Source: an uncultured virus (IMG/VR IMGVR_UViG_3300033148_003715) (lineage: Duplodnaviria; Heunggongvirae; Uroviricota; Caudoviricetes). Taken from it: 64,000 nt of DNA. Shown here piece after piece: positions 20,479 to 32,789 of the stretch (position 1 is its first letter; every line of letters begins with the position of its first letter). A program made the translations under genes and the position numbers. The stretch is taken from the IMG/VR virus record IMGVR_UViG_3300033148_003715. The stretch is one strand, 5' to 3'. Below the pieces are notes generated by a model. That model searched no databases, was not told the origin of the DNA, and saw nothing but the letters and a program-made list of their open reading frames with translations.

Positions 20479-22439
20479 GAAGAAGACCAAGAAGAAGCGA
20501 GCCAGCTACCCCGAGCACGCCAAGCTGCATGCAGTCGCGCTGCGCTCCCAAACCTGCGGTGAGTTCCTGGAGTGGCTGACCGAGGAGAAGAACCTGTTCG
20601 TCTGCCGCATCGACGGGGAGAACGTGCGTGGTCCCAACTACGTCCCCGTCTCCCTCTCGCCGACCCGCCTCCTCGCCGAGTTCTTCGAGATCGACCAGGA
20701 CAAGATCGGTGCCGAGAAGGACGCCATGGTGGCGGAGCTGCGAGCCATGAACGAGGGGGCGACCGATGCCTGACGAGGTCAAGACCAGAAGGCTCGAGCA
20801 GATCAAGGCCGAGCTGACAGCCGACCACGAGCGGGAGGTCAGCCTGGTTCGCGCACGAGCCGACGTCGTCAGAGCCAACGAGGCCCGAGAGCGCGAGGCG
20901 TTTCTCGCTTGGTGGGAGTGGAGGAAGCCGGAGCCGTCGACGTCGTGCCCGGAGTTCGACTCGGTGCTCGTTCGCGTTCTCAAGGAGGCAGCGTGGCGGG
21001 CCTGGCACGCGAGGTCGTGCCGGGTTCCGTGCCAGCCGTGCGAGGGAACCGGAAAGGCGGAGGGCGACCGGTGTCCGTTCTGTCGAGGAGAGGGATACGC
21101 GACCGAGGCCGTGACGTGAGCGACCCCGGCAAGAATCCTGGCGTCTGCGCCATGCACTACTGCAAGAAGCAGGTCGAGGAGCGGTGCTCGGCCGGAGACA
21201 CGTGCCGGGACTGCCACGTCTCGATCTCCTTCGAGGACTGCAACGATCGAGTCGACTACGTGGCGGCGACCTACAGGTCCGGCACGGAGACCAAGGAGGA
21301 TCTGTTGAAGCACTACCCGAGGGCGTGCAAGAAACTGGGGATCGCAGATGCCTGACCAGGACTGGGACGCGGACGAGCGGGAGGCGCGAGCCGCCTCCTC
21401 CGAGAAGCGAGGCGAGGGGATCCAGGATAGCTGCTGTGACGTCGTGATCTTCCTCGAGGGCTGGGACGCGGCGATCGAGTGGATGAAGCGGGCGGCGCTG
21501 CTGCGAATGCTCGGTGGTCAAGACGAGAGCCCAGGAGGCTGACTGTGGCGACGTGGCGAATCACCGTGACTGTGCGCGGACCCGGCGGGACCATAGATGT
21601 CGAGCCCGAGTCGCCCACGGTTGAGGCCGAGACCCTGAACGAGGCTCTCAGGACTGTCGCGGAACTCGGCCAGTTCCCGGCCGGGCTGATCGAGACGGTT
21701 GGGTTGAAGATCGAGAAGGAGGACTGATGCACCGCTGTCGAGTCTGTGGGGAGTGGACGTCGTTCTCGCTCGCCCTCGGGGTGTGCTTCACCTGTGCCCG
21801 CTTCCTCCGCATGAAGCTGTGCGAGTACGAGGACAAGAAGCAGCTAGGCCGATTCAGGGAGGCCGGCGACGACAAGAAGACGATAGCCCTCAAGACAGTG
21901 ATTGATAGACCGTTCAAGTACGGCCCGTTCCCCAACATGGATCGCGCAGCCAGCAAGGCGGACGAGTCGTGAGGCGACGAACCGTCATGAAGACCCTGCG
22001 GGGGAACGAGGAGCGACTCAAGCTCTACGGGGTCCACCGCTGCCGGGGGAGTCGCCGCCGTAGGCGCGGACGTCGGTCGATCCTCCGCGTCTGCCCCGAG
22101 CAGCGCGACCGCTCCGGCCTCCCGATCGAGGATCGGGTCCGGCTCCTCACCCGCGACCTCGAGATCCTGCACGGGACATGGTTCGTCGGGCGCGGCGACG
22201 GCAGCGTGGTGAGGATCGACCCGTGACGGACCCGACCAGGTGCCCCTGCGGCTCCGTCGAGGGAGAGGTGTGGGGGGAGAGCGGCGTCTTCTGGTGGCAC
22301 TGTCACGCCTGCGGGCGAGACGGCCCCGACATCGAGGAGACGATCCGGGAGAACTACGAGGCCGTCATGGGCCCGCTCACGGCGGGCCGGGATGCGCTCG
22401 CGAGGGCTGACGCTGTCCTGGAGCGGCTTGAGAAGAAGT

Positions 22440-24206
22440 ATGGCGACCAAGACCGATAGCGAGATCGTCGCAGTCATCGAGGGTTGCAAGCCGTGGGTGG
22501 TCGTGGAGGGTGATTCGGCCGAGGTCCTCAAGACCATGCCCGATGACTCGGTCCATTCGGTCGTCACCGACCCTCCGGCTTCGATCTCGTTCATGGGCAA
22601 GCGATGGGACTCTGACCGGGGCGGGCGGGGCCCGTGGACTGAGTGGCTCTCAGGGATCATGCGAGAGGCGCTACGGGTCTGCAAGCCAGGTGCGTGGGCG
22701 CTGGTATGGGCGCTTCCGAGGCGTTCTCACTGGACCGCTATGGCGGTCGAGGACGCCGGGTGGGAGATCCGTGACATCTTCCACGCCGCGTTTGGGACCG
22801 GGATGCCGAAGGGGTTCATCAAGAGCAAGCAGTGGCCGGGTCGGGGGACGGGACTCAAGCCGGTGATCGAGCACTGGATCATCGCGCGGAAGCCATTCAA
22901 GGGTTCGACCGCCGCGAACCTGGACCAGCACGGGACGGGGGCGTTTCACATCGATGCCTGCCGGGTCGGGACTGGAGACGACACGACCCGCACGACCAAG
23001 CACTCCATGAAGGGAGGCAACTACGGCAACCACGAGCCCGGTCCTGAGATCGCCTGCGGGGGGCATGAAGGGGGACGCTACCCCCCGCACGTCGCGCTGA
23101 TTCATTCGCCCGGGTGCGTGCTGGTCGGGACCAGGAAGGTCAAGACCGGGAAGGCCCACCGGGGTAAGGGCGGCGGGGTCAACTTCGGATCCGAGACCAA
23201 GGCGAAGCCGAAGATGGCCGACATGACCTACGCGGACCAGGACGGGAACGAGAACACGTCTCTGTGGGCGTGCGTGCCCGGGTGCCCGGTCAGGTCTATC
23301 GACGAACAGGCCCTCGCGGGGGGCATGCACGGTGCGGGCGTAGCGCGCGGGGGCGGGCTCGGGACCGGCGCGAACGCATCCACGTTCCGCGGCCAGGGCA
23401 GACCCGACGCGAGCAACGGGACCCGCTACGGGGACCAGGGAGGGCCGAGCAGGTTCTGGCCCACGTTTCGCTACGTGCCCAAGCCGTCGAGCGCGGAGAA
23501 GAACAAGGGCTGCGAGGACATGCCCGCGCGTGACTGGCGCGAGGGAACCAAGTCTTCGACGCCGTGTTCGGGTCAGCTCCTCGAACACGTGGGTCGCAAG
23601 GGGAAGCCGAGGCCGAATAATCACAACACCGTAAAGCCGGTCGCGCTCATGCGGTGGCTGATCCGACTCACCACGATCGAGGGTGGGATCGTCCTCGACC
23701 CGTTCAACGGTTCCGGCACGACGGGGGTCGCGGCGGTCCTCGAGGGTGCCAGGTACATCGGCATCGAGGGCGGCGACGAGAACAGCCCCTACTACTGTGA
23801 GGTCAGTCGGCGTCGGATCGGTGCGGAGAAGCCACGGCGACAAGTCAAGCGAAGGGACCAGGACATGACCGAGGTTGAGGTCTGCGACGTCGAGGACTGC
23901 GGCCTCCCGGTGCGGGAGACCCCCTCGGGGGTGATCTGTGAGAACGGGCACGGCGGAGCCCCAACTAGGTTCGAGAAGGTCAAGGCTCGGAGGAAGACCA
24001 AGGCCGAGCGAGCGCGAGAAGAGAAGGTCGCCGCGCTCAACCTGGTGAGCCTGCGGCTGTTCGAGTCCAAGGGTTCGCTCGAGGCTCTGGTCCGCGACAT
24101 GACTCAGGTGGGACTCGTCAAGGGGGTCGAGGTTGTCCGGTCCTGGCAGGGCAAGCTCGACGAGTGGAGTGAGAAGATCCACCGGGTGCCGAGGAGGAAG
24201 CCGTGA
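22440..24206 (+). CDS. DNA N4/N6 methyltransferase with C-terminal extension
   Basis: VVTDPPA, HNTVKPVALMRWL, VLDPFNGSGTTG. Confidence 0.85.
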   Translation: MATKTDSEIVAVIEGCKPWVVVEGDSAEVLKTMPDDSVHSVVTDPPASISFMGKRWDSDRGGRGPWTEWLSGIMREALRVCKPGAWALVWALPRRSHWTAMAVEDAGWEIRDIFHAAFGTGMPKGFIKSKQWPGRGTGLKPVIEHWIIARKPFKGSTAANLDQHGTGAFHIDACRVGTGDDTTRTTKHSMKGGNYGNHEPGPEIACGGHEGGRYPPHVALIHSPGCVLVGTRKVKTGKAHRGKGGGVNFGSETKAKPKMADMTYADQDGNENTSLWACVPGCPVRSIDEQALAGGMHGAGVARGGGLGTGANASTFRGQGRPDASNGTRYGDQGGPSRFWPTFRYVPKPSSAEKNKGCEDMPARDWREGTKSSTPCSGQLLEHVGRKGKPRPNNHNTVKPVALMRWLIRLTTIEGGIVLDPFNGSGTTGVAAVLEGARYIGIEGGDENSPYYCEVSRRRIGAEKPRRQVKRRDQDMTEVEVCDVEDCGLPVRETPSGVICENGHGGAPTRFEKVKARRKTKAERAREEKVAALNLVSLRLFESKGSLEALVRDMTQVGLVKGVEVVRSWQGKLDEWSEKIHRVPRRKP

Positions 24207-24368
24207 CGACCGTGTTCAACCTGGGAACGGGAGTTGGGCGCGACCGAGCCACGAGGCCACCCCTGTGAGCCCCGGGGAGCCCCGGAGAGGACCTCGGATC
24301 CAGGGGAGTGGGGAATCCCACCCCGGAGAGGTCGAGACGCTTAGAACGGCTCTCCGGGGCTCGGGTGG

Positions 24369-24386
24369 GTTTGGGATATCCCAAAC
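24369..24386. repeat. 18-bp palindrome copy 5
   Basis: Exact match, preceded by a GC-periodic arm. Confidence 0.95.
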
Positions 24387-24571
24387 CGGGGAGACCGGGT
24401 GAGCCCGCGACACGGCAACCTCATGCTCGCATTCGGGACCGGGGCCTCGGCCGCGACGGCGCTCGCGAACCGAGAGGGCTGGCGGATCCACAACGGCTCC
24501 GAGATCCTCGGTGCCTGGTTCGTGTTCGTGATGGTCGTCTTCTACCTGGTGGGGCGACGCAAGGAGGACGA

Positions 24572-25204
24572 GTGACCGACTATCCGACCCGGGGCTGCTG
24601 CGGCTCCAAGATCAGCGAGCGACACCGCGACGACTGCACGTCGAGGCCGGGCCTCACGGGAGACGTCCTCGCCCCGATCCTCCAGCCGGGGTTCCCCACG
24701 CTGAACCCCGAGCAGGCCAAGAACTTCGTCGAGGCCCTGAGGGGGCCCGACGTGCTCGGCCCCGAGGAGGACGCGGTCGTGATCCCACTGAGGAGGGGGT
24801 TCTCGCCCGCCAAGGTCCAGGCGCTGTTCGAGCAGATCGCCCGTCTGGCTCTGACGACGTGCGAGGACGTGGAGTGCCTGACGCTCGAGTTCGTCGCCGG
24901 ACTCCAGACCGTGATCGACCTCCTCGAGCAGGCCAGGCGGGACGCGCTCGGCATGATCGAGGAGGGCAAGAAGCTCGAGCACGGTCCCAGGACGTGCTCG
25001 GTCTGTGGGGGGATCGGGTGCCCCGAGGGCGAGGTCTGTCTGGTCGTGCGCGGCGCGGTCTCCCCCGATCGGGTCTTCGGTCGCCCCACCTTGGCCGAGT
25101 CGATCCCCGGCTGCCTCGGGACCGTCGAGGGCGAGCCGTGCGTGCTGGTCCTCGACCACGACGGCGACTGCATGAACATGGATCAGTTCACCGAGAACTT
25201 CTAG
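24572..25204 (+). CDS. Hypothetical protein
   Basis: GGAGG RBS. Confidence 0.55.
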   Translation: MTDYPTRGCCGSKISERHRDDCTSRPGLTGDVLAPILQPGFPTLNPEQAKNFVEALRGPDVLGPEEDAVVIPLRRGFSPAKVQALFEQIARLALTTCEDVECLTLEFVAGLQTVIDLLEQARRDALGMIEEGKKLEHGPRTCSVCGGIGCPEGEVCLVVRGAVSPDRVFGRPTLAESIPGCLGTVEGEPCVLVLDHDGDCMNMDQFTENF

Positions 25205-25795
25205 GAGGAGACATGGCCGACCGGACCCCATACCAGGAAGCCCGGGAGCAGCGACGCCCGTACGCGAACCTGAAGATCGACACCCGGACCCGGGACGGCA
25301 ATGAGGGAAGCTGCCTGCACCTCTGGGGACCCGTGACGGACGAGCAGGCCGAGCGGATCGAGGAGCTGATCGCCGAGATCGCCAGGAGCAAGGCATGACA
25401 TTCAAAGACGAGGCAATCCAGCAGGCGTGGTACAAGTTCGTCGCCAGGCTCCCTACGGGGTCTTCTCCGACCAGGTCGATCCTCGAGGCGTTCGAGTTCG
25501 CCTGGCTAGACGGACGGGAGAAGTTCAGGAAGAACGCCGAGCTGGTCCACCGAGCGCTCTGCACGCCCGGAGGCCCGGACGCGCGCCTGTCCGAGATCGA
25601 CGACCCGGAGCGCAGGGCGTTCACCACCTGCTGCTCCATGAGGGCCGCCGACTTCGCCGACCACCCGCTCCAGGCGCTCGAGGTGCTGGCAGACAGGACC
25701 GCCGAGGATCTGACCGACGAGCAGATCGACGTGATCCGGGGCTGGGGCGGGCACGTCCAGGTCGTCCTCGTGTTCGGGCCGAGGAAGGAGACGAC

Positions 25796-27208
25796 GTGAA
25801 GCGACTCGCACTCGTCCTGTTCCTCGCCGGCTGCTGCGCGACCGCGCCCGAGCGGGATCGACCGCCCGCGACCGGAGACCCCTGGGACACCAGCTACCTC
25901 CTCGACCTCGACCCGAGCCAGGTCACGATCGCCCAGCTCGCCAGCCACGCCGCGATCCTCGAGGGCTGCCTCGAGCGCGCCACCGTCGAGGGCGTGACGT
26001 GGAAGGCGAGGCGCTCCAGCCCCGACCTGGCCCTCCCGGATCGCTGGGCCGACGGGGGCGATTCGGGGATCTTCTCCGGCTACGCGCTCGCCACGGTCGC
26101 GTTCCGCTACGGGGTCAGCCAGAGCGGGGACGACCTGACCCGGTTCCTCGTCCACCTCCGGGGCGTCTACCTACTCACCCACGCGACCGGGACTCCAGGA
26201 GTGATCTGCCGCTGCGCGTTCCCCGTAGACCGCAAGGCAGAGTTCGGCTACCCCGCTGAGTGGGAGGGTCGCCTCGGGGAGGCGTTCGTCCACGAGGGGC
26301 CGGAGATCCAAGACCCCGTCGAGGGCGGCTGCTTCCCTCGCATGATCTACCACACGAGGGCGACGAAGGACCAGCTCACCGGGATCCTGTTCGGCCTCGC
26401 GGTCGCGCTCCACGTCATAGACGAGGTCCCCCCGTGCGGGATCCCGGACCCGAACGAACACGGCTCGATCACCATGGAGGCGAGGAGGCTGGCCTCGCAG
26501 ATCGCCCGGTCGATCCACGATCACCTCGTCCTACACGGCTGGGACATTCGAGACGAGAAGGGCGAGAACGATACCAACGCGGACCACGTAGACGGGCTCA
26601 TGCGGCTTCAGCTCCTCGCGGTTCTCCTCCACTCGTCTGGCGACAGCCGGGAGATCGACGAGTGGCGCGCGAGCTACGACGAGCTGCTCGAGGACGTGAC
26701 CGACTCGTGGCTCGAGCCGTGGGGGAACCGGTTCACCAACTGGACCCAGTACTACGCGCACAACCTGCGGGCGGCCCGGACCCTGACGGTTTGGCTTCTC
26801 GACCCCGACGCAAGGGAGAGGATCCGCGCCTACTCGGAGCGGGCCTGGTGGCGCTACGTGCGCGATCACCGGTCGGCGTGGTTCGACACCGTCTGGGCCG
26901 TCATGTCGGGGAGGCGCGGACTCGACCTGGCTGCGTTCCGGTCGCTGGCGCTGAAGCCGACCCGACTCTGGTCCTCACCCTGGCACGACCAGCTCGTCGA
27001 GCCCAGCCTGCTCAACGCGCTCTGGGACTGTATGGACGCTCTCGTCGTCGCCCCGCACCTGCGCAAGCCGGCCCCGTACTTCGTCCACGAGAAGGCCCCC
27101 TGGGACGTCGGGACCGGCCCCGACCTGGAGGGGCTCGGGGACACGACCGGACTCGGGTTCCTCCTCCCCTGGCACCTGGCCCGCTACGAGGGGCTGATCG
27201 ACCCGTGA
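25796..27208 (+). CDS. Predicted lipoprotein, possibly alpha/alpha-barrel enzyme-like
   Basis: [13 protein letters not shown] lipobox; 470 aa, W/Y-rich. Confidence 0.65.
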   Translation: MKRLALVLFLAGCCATAPERDRPPATGDPWDTSYLLDLDPSQVTIAQLASHAAILEGCLERATVEGVTWKARRSSPDLALPDRWADGGDSGIFSGYALATVAFRYGVSQSGDDLTRFLVHLRGVYLLTHATGTPGVICRCAFPVDRKAEFGYPAEWEGRLGEAFVHEGPEIQDPVEGGCFPRMIYHTRATKDQLTGILFGLAVALHVIDEVPPCGIPDPNEHGSITMEARRLASQIARSIHDHLVLHGWDIRDEKGENDTNADHVDGLMRLQLLAVLLHSSGDSREIDEWRASYDELLEDVTDSWLEPWGNRFTNWTQYYAHNLRAARTLTVWLLDPDARERIRAYSERAWWRYVRDHRSAWFDTVWAVMSGRRGLDLAAFRSLALKPTRLWSSPWHDQLVEPSLLNALWDCMDALVVAPHLRKPAPYFVHEKAPWDVGTGPDLEGLGDTTGLGFLLPWHLARYEGLIDP

Positions 27209-27282
27209 AGCAAGCGGGCGCAGGCAAGAGTTCCGGGAAGTCGCGATACCTCAACCGATCCGTGCGCAGCCGCAGGAGGATC

Positions 27283-27426
27283 ATGATCGAGCGCGAGACG
27301 ACCTCGGCCGCCCAGGTCGTCGAGGGCCGCGCGCTGATCGAGCCGATCCAGACCGAGGACAAGCCCGGCCGGAACGACCCGTGCCCGTGCGGGTCGGGGA
27401 AGAAGTTCAAGAGGTGCTGCCTGTGA
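27283..27426 (+). CDS. SEC-C motif mini-protein
   Basis: [28 protein letters not shown]. Confidence 0.85.
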   Translation: MIERETTSAAQVVEGRALIEPIQTEDKPGRNDPCPCGSGKKFKRCCL

Positions 27427-27647
27427 CGAGCAGGACCGTCTACATGGTCAGGACCCTCGATGACCCGCCCCGGTGGATTGACGACCTGTGGATACCTCTC
27501 AGGCTGCCAGTCCTGACCCTGACCGCAGAGGACGCCCGCGGGTTCACATCTTTGATTGCGGCCGAGGAGGCGGGACGCCGACTCAGGGTTGGGTTCGAGG
27601 TCGTGGCCGTTACGACGGCGACCGAGGTAGTGAGGCGAGGCCCGTGA
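27423..27647 (+). CDS. Small protein, tandem paralog A
   Basis: [14 protein letters not shown]...GFEVVAVTT. Confidence 0.65.
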   Translation: MTSRTVYMVRTLDDPPRWIDDLWIPLRLPVLTLTAEDARGFTSLIAAEEAGRRLRVGFEVVAVTTATEVVRRGP

Positions 27648-27901
27648 CAAGCAACACCGTCTACATGCTCAGGACCCTCGAGGACCCGCCCCGGTGGGTG
27701 AGCGACCACCGGCTGATCCCGTTCCACGACGGGCCGAGGCGTGCGACCTGGTTCGGGTCCCCGATCGAGGCCGAGCAGGGAGGCCGGGTCAGGAAGCTCC
27801 GCGGGTTCGAGGTCGTGGCGGTCACGACGACCACGGAGGTAGTGGAGCGGTTTGGGATATCCCAAACCCCCAAGGGGTCTAATCCAGAGGAGGCGACGTG
27901 A
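27644..27901 (+). CDS. Small protein, tandem paralog B
   Basis: TVYMLRTLEDPPRW...GFEVVAVTT. Confidence 0.65.
   Translation: MTSNTVYMLRTLEDPPRWVSDHRLIPFHDGPRRATWFGSPIEAEQGGRVRKLRGFEVVAVTTTTEVVERFGISQTPKGSNPEEAT
27850..27867. repeat. 18-bp palindrome copy 6
   Basis: Exact match; 6 bp upstream of GGGGTCTAAT. Confidence 0.95.
27874..27883 (+). promoter_or_regulatory. GGGGTCTAAT motif copy 3
   Basis: Before GAGGAGG/GTG 27898. Confidence 0.5.
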
Positions 27902-28124
27902 TCGACGCGACGAAGCTGACCCTGAACGAGACCCTGGCCGAGTTGGGCTACAAGATCACGACGGAGATCAGGTCGAGCGGGTACCGGGTCAAGAGCGTCC
28001 TACGGGACGGGGAGCCGATCCGGTTCCGCGAGGGGACGATCCCCTCGCTGTCGGAGGCGACGAGCCTCCACCGGGTCACGGCCAACACGGTCTGGCTCTG
28101 GCTCAGGGCGACGGGGCAGATCAA

Positions 28125-28436
28125 GTGAGACCGCTCTCCCCGATCGACGCCGCGACCGAGTCCGCGCTCCGGGCCACCCTGGCCCTGCGGGTCGTCGAGG
28201 CCCGGAAGCGACTCGGTCTCTCGGGGCGCGCCCTGGCGAGGATCATGAACCGCTCGGGGAGCTGGGTCAGGGAGGTCGAGAGCGGGGCCCAGTGGCCGCC
28301 CCCGTACCTGATCGCCGCCCTCGCCAGGGCCCTCCAGTGCAGCCCGGGGTGGTTCTACGGGGACGACGACGTCGCGGACCGAGTGGTCGCCGCCGTGAGG
28401 GAGCTGCTCGAGGAGAGAACATGCCCGACGACGTGA
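28125..28436 (+). CDS. XRE-family HTH regulator
   Basis: ARKRLGLSGRALARIMNRSGSWVREVESG...LARALQCSPGWF. Confidence 0.8.
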   Translation: MRPLSPIDAATESALRATLALRVVEARKRLGLSGRALARIMNRSGSWVREVESGAQWPPPYLIAALARALQCSPGWFYGDDDVADRVVAAVRELLEERTCPTT

Positions 28437-28976
28437 ACGACGACGACCTGACCCACGTGTTCGCCGAGACCGCGATCCGCTGGGTCTGCCACGCCTGCGG
28501 GAAGGAAAACTTCGACCGCGCCAAGGTGGTCGAGTTCGACGACCCCGAGGAGGAGGACGCCGCCAGGGACGCCTTGGGGATCGGCCTCGATTCGGAGGGG
28601 GAGATCCTCGAGACCCCCACGACCGTGACCTGTATGGCCGAGGGTTGCTTCCGCCGCTACCGGACTAAGCAGACCGACCGATCCTGCCCCAACTGCGGGT
28701 TCCAGGACTGTCCACCCGACCACTGCCGACACGGGAAGAGGAGCGGGTGAACTCAAATCGCCTCGCAACCTGCGAGGGGAGCAGCGACCTCACGCTAAAA
28801 CAGGCCATGACGGAGGGGCGAGGGAGTGCTTGCGAACTCCTGACATTGCCGAATCGTGGTCAATCGCTGCACGACAGAAGGACTGGGGGCTGGTGTTGCT
28901 ACCACCCCTCGGATTCTCCGAGGAGCCGCCCCCGGTCCTGGTCGTTCAATCAGAACAGAATCAGGAGGAGTCGAGC

Positions 28977-29573
28977 GTGACGAGAGACGAGATGGCCGGA
29001 CTCATGGCCGACGTGCTGACCGCGACGGGGATCGTCCTCACTCGCGACGGACCCGAGGCGAGCGTCGGGGACCTGTTCGAGAAGCTCCGCGAGCGCATGG
29101 CCGTCGTCCACGACGGGGCCTGCGACGACTCCATGCGGGCCGAGGCCGCGGCGAACTGCCGGTACGCGGTCACGATCCTCGTTCTCCTCCACGCGACCAT
29201 CGAGGACAAGCCGAGACCGGCCGCGTTCGACCAGGTGAGGGAGGCGTGCGAGTTCTTCCGCGAGTCCGGTCAGAAGGAGTACGCGCACGAGACCGACAAC
29301 GCCTTCGCGAACTTCGAGAGGATCGCCGCCTATCTCGCTCAGATGGGCCTGACCCGCGAGGCCGTGCTGATCGTCTATCTAGAAAAACATCTCGACGGGA
29401 TCCGGGCGTGGATCGACGGGCACCGGAGCCAGCGCGAGGCCGTCTTCGGGCGGATCTGCGACGCGATCGTCTACCTTTGCCTTCTAATAGGGATGTTCCG
29501 AGAACGGATCGGAGAGACCGGGTCCCTCGAAGGGTCGCTGCGTAGGATCGACGAGGAGGGCAAGGAGTCGTGA
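28977..29573 (+). CDS. DUF1599 / nucleotide-modification-associated domain-like protein
   Basis: KEYA...NAFANFER...YLEKHLD...GRICDAIVYLCLL. Confidence 0.55.
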   Translation: MTRDEMAGLMADVLTATGIVLTRDGPEASVGDLFEKLRERMAVVHDGACDDSMRAEAAANCRYAVTILVLLHATIEDKPRPAAFDQVREACEFFRESGQKEYAHETDNAFANFERIAAYLAQMGLTREAVLIVYLEKHLDGIRAWIDGHRSQREAVFGRICDAIVYLCLLIGMFRERIGETGSLEGSLRRIDEEGKES

Positions 29574-30232
29574 GATACATGGTCTGTCTCTACGACGACG
29601 AGGGTCGAGAGAGCGTCTTGGCCTACGCTGGGGACTATTCTTGGAAGTGGGAGCGCCGCGTGAATCACGCATACATTTTCATTACCGAGAAAGGCGCACG
29701 GGCTGCCGGTGCTTCCGCGCCACCGTCTGATGATCAGCAAGTTCTCGTAGGGGTTCACTGTGACCGGGCAAAGCTACCCGGCTGGGCTATCCCGTGAGCG
29801 AGCCATGGTCGTGGATCAAGGCCGTCGAGGTGGCCGAGAAGCACGGCACGCTCGTGATCTCCTGGCGGTGGCGCGACGACCAGAAGCGACGCGCCGCCAA
29901 CAGGGCTGTCAAGCGAGGCAAGCTACGCAGGGTCCGGGGGCGACCCGGAGCCGATAGATACAGGGTGAAGGAGGGCCAGTGCCCACCCACATGATCGTCG
30001 TCTGCGACCGCTGCCGGCTCAAGCACGACATGACCGCCGATCCCGAGTGGAGCGAGGAGTTCATTCGCGAGCACGTCGACCACAACTTCACCGGTCTGCG
30101 GATCGTCCCCGAGGACTTCCCGTGTCCGAACGCGCTGCGGCGCTACTCGTGGGACATGACACCCGTAAGGAGACCGAATGACCGGCAACAAGAACCCGCC
30201 CCTGAGGTGTTGCGCGAGCTGGAGGAGGACGA

Positions 30233-30697
30233 ATGAACTGGGAAGAAGCTGAGAAGTTGTTAGCCCCGCTGGTCGTCGAGGCCGACGGGTTGGCCGCGAG
30301 GATCAGGAGAGCCGTTTCTTGTTCCGCAGATGGCGAGGAGCGGGACGTCGTGTGCCCGCGCTGCAACGGATCCGGCGAGAGATCCGGCGGCTATCAGAAC
30401 AGTTGCATCGTCTACTGCCCCACGACGATCAAGCATTCGGGGTCGTGTCTGTCGGCCCACCGGATCGACGCAGACCGACTGTGTCGGGCGTGCGCGGCGA
30501 GGTGGCACGCCGAGCACTCTGCCGCCGCGCTCCGTGCGATTGTCGAGGCGAAGCGGCGAGAGGAGAAGGAGGCCGAGAGACGGCTCGAGGAGAAGAAGAA
30601 GGACGAGGCCCACGCCGAGGAGAGGTTGGCCGTCTTGCGGGGACAGGTGAAGGACGCCGAAAGGGAACTCACCTCTCTGAAGGACGATGACGAATGA
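30233..30697 (+). CDS. Hypothetical protein
   Basis: Coupled ORF. Confidence 0.5.
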   Translation: MNWEEAEKLLAPLVVEADGLAARIRRAVSCSADGEERDVVCPRCNGSGERSGGYQNSCIVYCPTTIKHSGSCLSAHRIDADRLCRACAARWHAEHSAAALRAIVEAKRREEKEAERRLEEKKKDEAHAEERLAVLRGQVKDAERELTSLKDDDE

Positions 30698-31083
30698 CCA
30701 AGCAGGAGAACGAGGGGACGAGCGCCGAGTACTACTGGACCACCAACGAGGAGCACTACGGACAGGGTCCGTTCGACTCCAGAGAGAACGCGGTCGCGGA
30801 CGCCAAGGCCGAGGGGGTCGGACGGTTCTGGACCGCGCGCAAGCACACCCCGACCGGGGTCGACTTCCCCATCGACGCCCAGACCGTGCTGGAGCAGATC
30901 GGCGAACAGGCCTACGAGATGGCTGGCGAGGCCGCCGAAGACTGGCCCGGCTACCACGACGACGAGGACGAAAAGAAGTTGGAGCACGACCTGAACGCCG
31001 TCCTGCGGAGGTGGATCGACGAGCACGACCCGCCCTCGTTCTGGCTGGCCCGCGACGTCGAGGAGCACAAGGAGGACGAGTGA
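30694..31083 (+). CDS. Acidic hypothetical phage protein
   Basis: Coupled ORF. Confidence 0.6.
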   Translation: MTKQENEGTSAEYYWTTNEEHYGQGPFDSRENAVADAKAEGVGRFWTARKHTPTGVDFPIDAQTVLEQIGEQAYEMAGEAAEDWPGYHDDEDEKKLEHDLNAVLRRWIDEHDPPSFWLARDVEEHKEDE

Positions 31084-32339
31084 AGTACGGAGTCGAGATC
31101 GAGTCGAGGATGACCAACACGATCCACGTCGAGGCGTCGTCGCTCGAGGAGGCGATCAAGCTCGCCCTCAAGGTCTTCGGCCGCGGCGTGCCGAGAGTGA
31201 ACGACAGCCCGGTCATCGACGTAACCGCCGTCGACTGGCCCGGGGGTGCGGCCCACGGGGCTGGACGCTGCGAGGGATGTAGGAAGCCCTTGTTCGACGT
31301 CGTGGGGGGACAAGCCAACTACGTCTCCGGCCCCGAGGGCGAGCCGACCTGCCTGTCGTGTTGGTCCGGCGAGGACAACGAGTGACCGTCCTCTGCGGGT
31401 GCCGGAGGAAGTCGTGAAGGGCGTGACGATCGAGGTCGAGTACTCTCCGCCCCTGACGGAGTGGCTCTGCCCGAGCTGTGGGAACGGGCTGCCTCGCTAC
31501 GCCCACGCGATCACCACGATGGTCTACACCGGCTCGGCGCTGTTCTGCAAGCCGTGCAACGCGCTCTGGATCGACCCCGACGACCCGGTCCCTGGAATGC
31601 CTGTCCTGGTCGTGAGGCTGCCGTGAAGTGCGGTGAGTGCGAGCACTGGCTCGAGATCGGGCAGGGCCGGGGCGAATGCTTGAAGCTCGCCTCCACCAAG
31701 CCCGACGGTCCGGTGTTCCTGTCCGACTCCGTGACCGTGTTCGTCTCGCCCGAGTTCGGCTGCGCGCTCGGGGAGCCGGACGAGAAGTTCTCACGGCGTC
31801 GGCTGATCTACTCGGAGGTCCCCGACCAGGGCGGGCACCTCGAGGCCGTCGCTGCTCTGGACGAGACCCGGGGCAAGTGGCGCGTCGACGACCTGCTCGA
31901 GCGCGGCAAGGCCGACTACGTGGTCCTACTCGAGGCGGTGGTGGTCGAGGAGCACGGCGAGTCCAGCGTCGAGGGCGGCTCCCTCATGGCGGACGACTCA
32001 GGACTGACAGACAACGACGGAGACCGACATGGAGTTCGCGAACGTACCGGGGATCGGAGAGGGCGAGACGTCGAAGCCAGAAGAGGCGGCGGCACCTGAA
32101 CCGCCTCCGTCCCCTCCGAACATGGTCACGATCAACGCCGCCGACCCGCGCACGGTCCCGGGGCTGCGCATAATCGCGCTCGCAGTCATGGACACGGACA
32201 GCCCGTTCGCGATGTCGCTCCTCGTTGGCCTCCGCTCACTCCACCCGGAGGTGATGGCCGAGCTGGAGGAGCCCGAGACGGTCGACCCGAGTGGGCCTGA
32301 GCCGGATGTCATACTGGACCTGGGGAAGAGCGAGCTGTC

Positions 32340-32789
32340 GTGAGCGCGCGACCCTCCTGGGACGAGTACTTCCTCAAGATCGCCCACGTGGTCGCCGAGC
32401 GCTCGACCTGTCTTCGCCGACAGGTCGGAGTGGTACTTGTTCGGGACAGGAGAATCCTGACGACAGGTTATAACGGAGCCCCGCGCGGACTCCGGCATTG
32501 CGAGGAGGTCGGCTGCCTGCGGGAGCAGTTGAACGTCCCCTCGGGCGAGCGCCACGAGCTGTGTCGGGCCGTCCACGCCGAGGCCAACGCGCTCCTCCAG
32601 GCGGCCTCGCACGGGATCGCCACCGAGGGGGCGACGATCTACTCGACCCTTCACCCGTGCTCTATGTGCGCGAAGAACCTGATCAACGCCGGGGTCGTGA
32701 AGATCGTCTACGTGCGCGGCTACCCGGACGAGCTGTCGGGAGAGATCCTGGCCGCCTCGAACACCGAGGTCGTGAGGAGGGACAAGTGA
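32340..32789 (+). CDS. dCMP deaminase
   Basis: [34 protein letters not shown]. Confidence 0.95.
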   Translation: MSARPSWDEYFLKIAHVVAERSTCLRRQVGVVLVRDRRILTTGYNGAPRGLRHCEEVGCLREQLNVPSGERHELCRAVHAEANALLQAASHGIATEGATIYSTLHPCSMCAKNLINAGVVKIVYVRGYPDELSGEILAASNTEVVRRDK

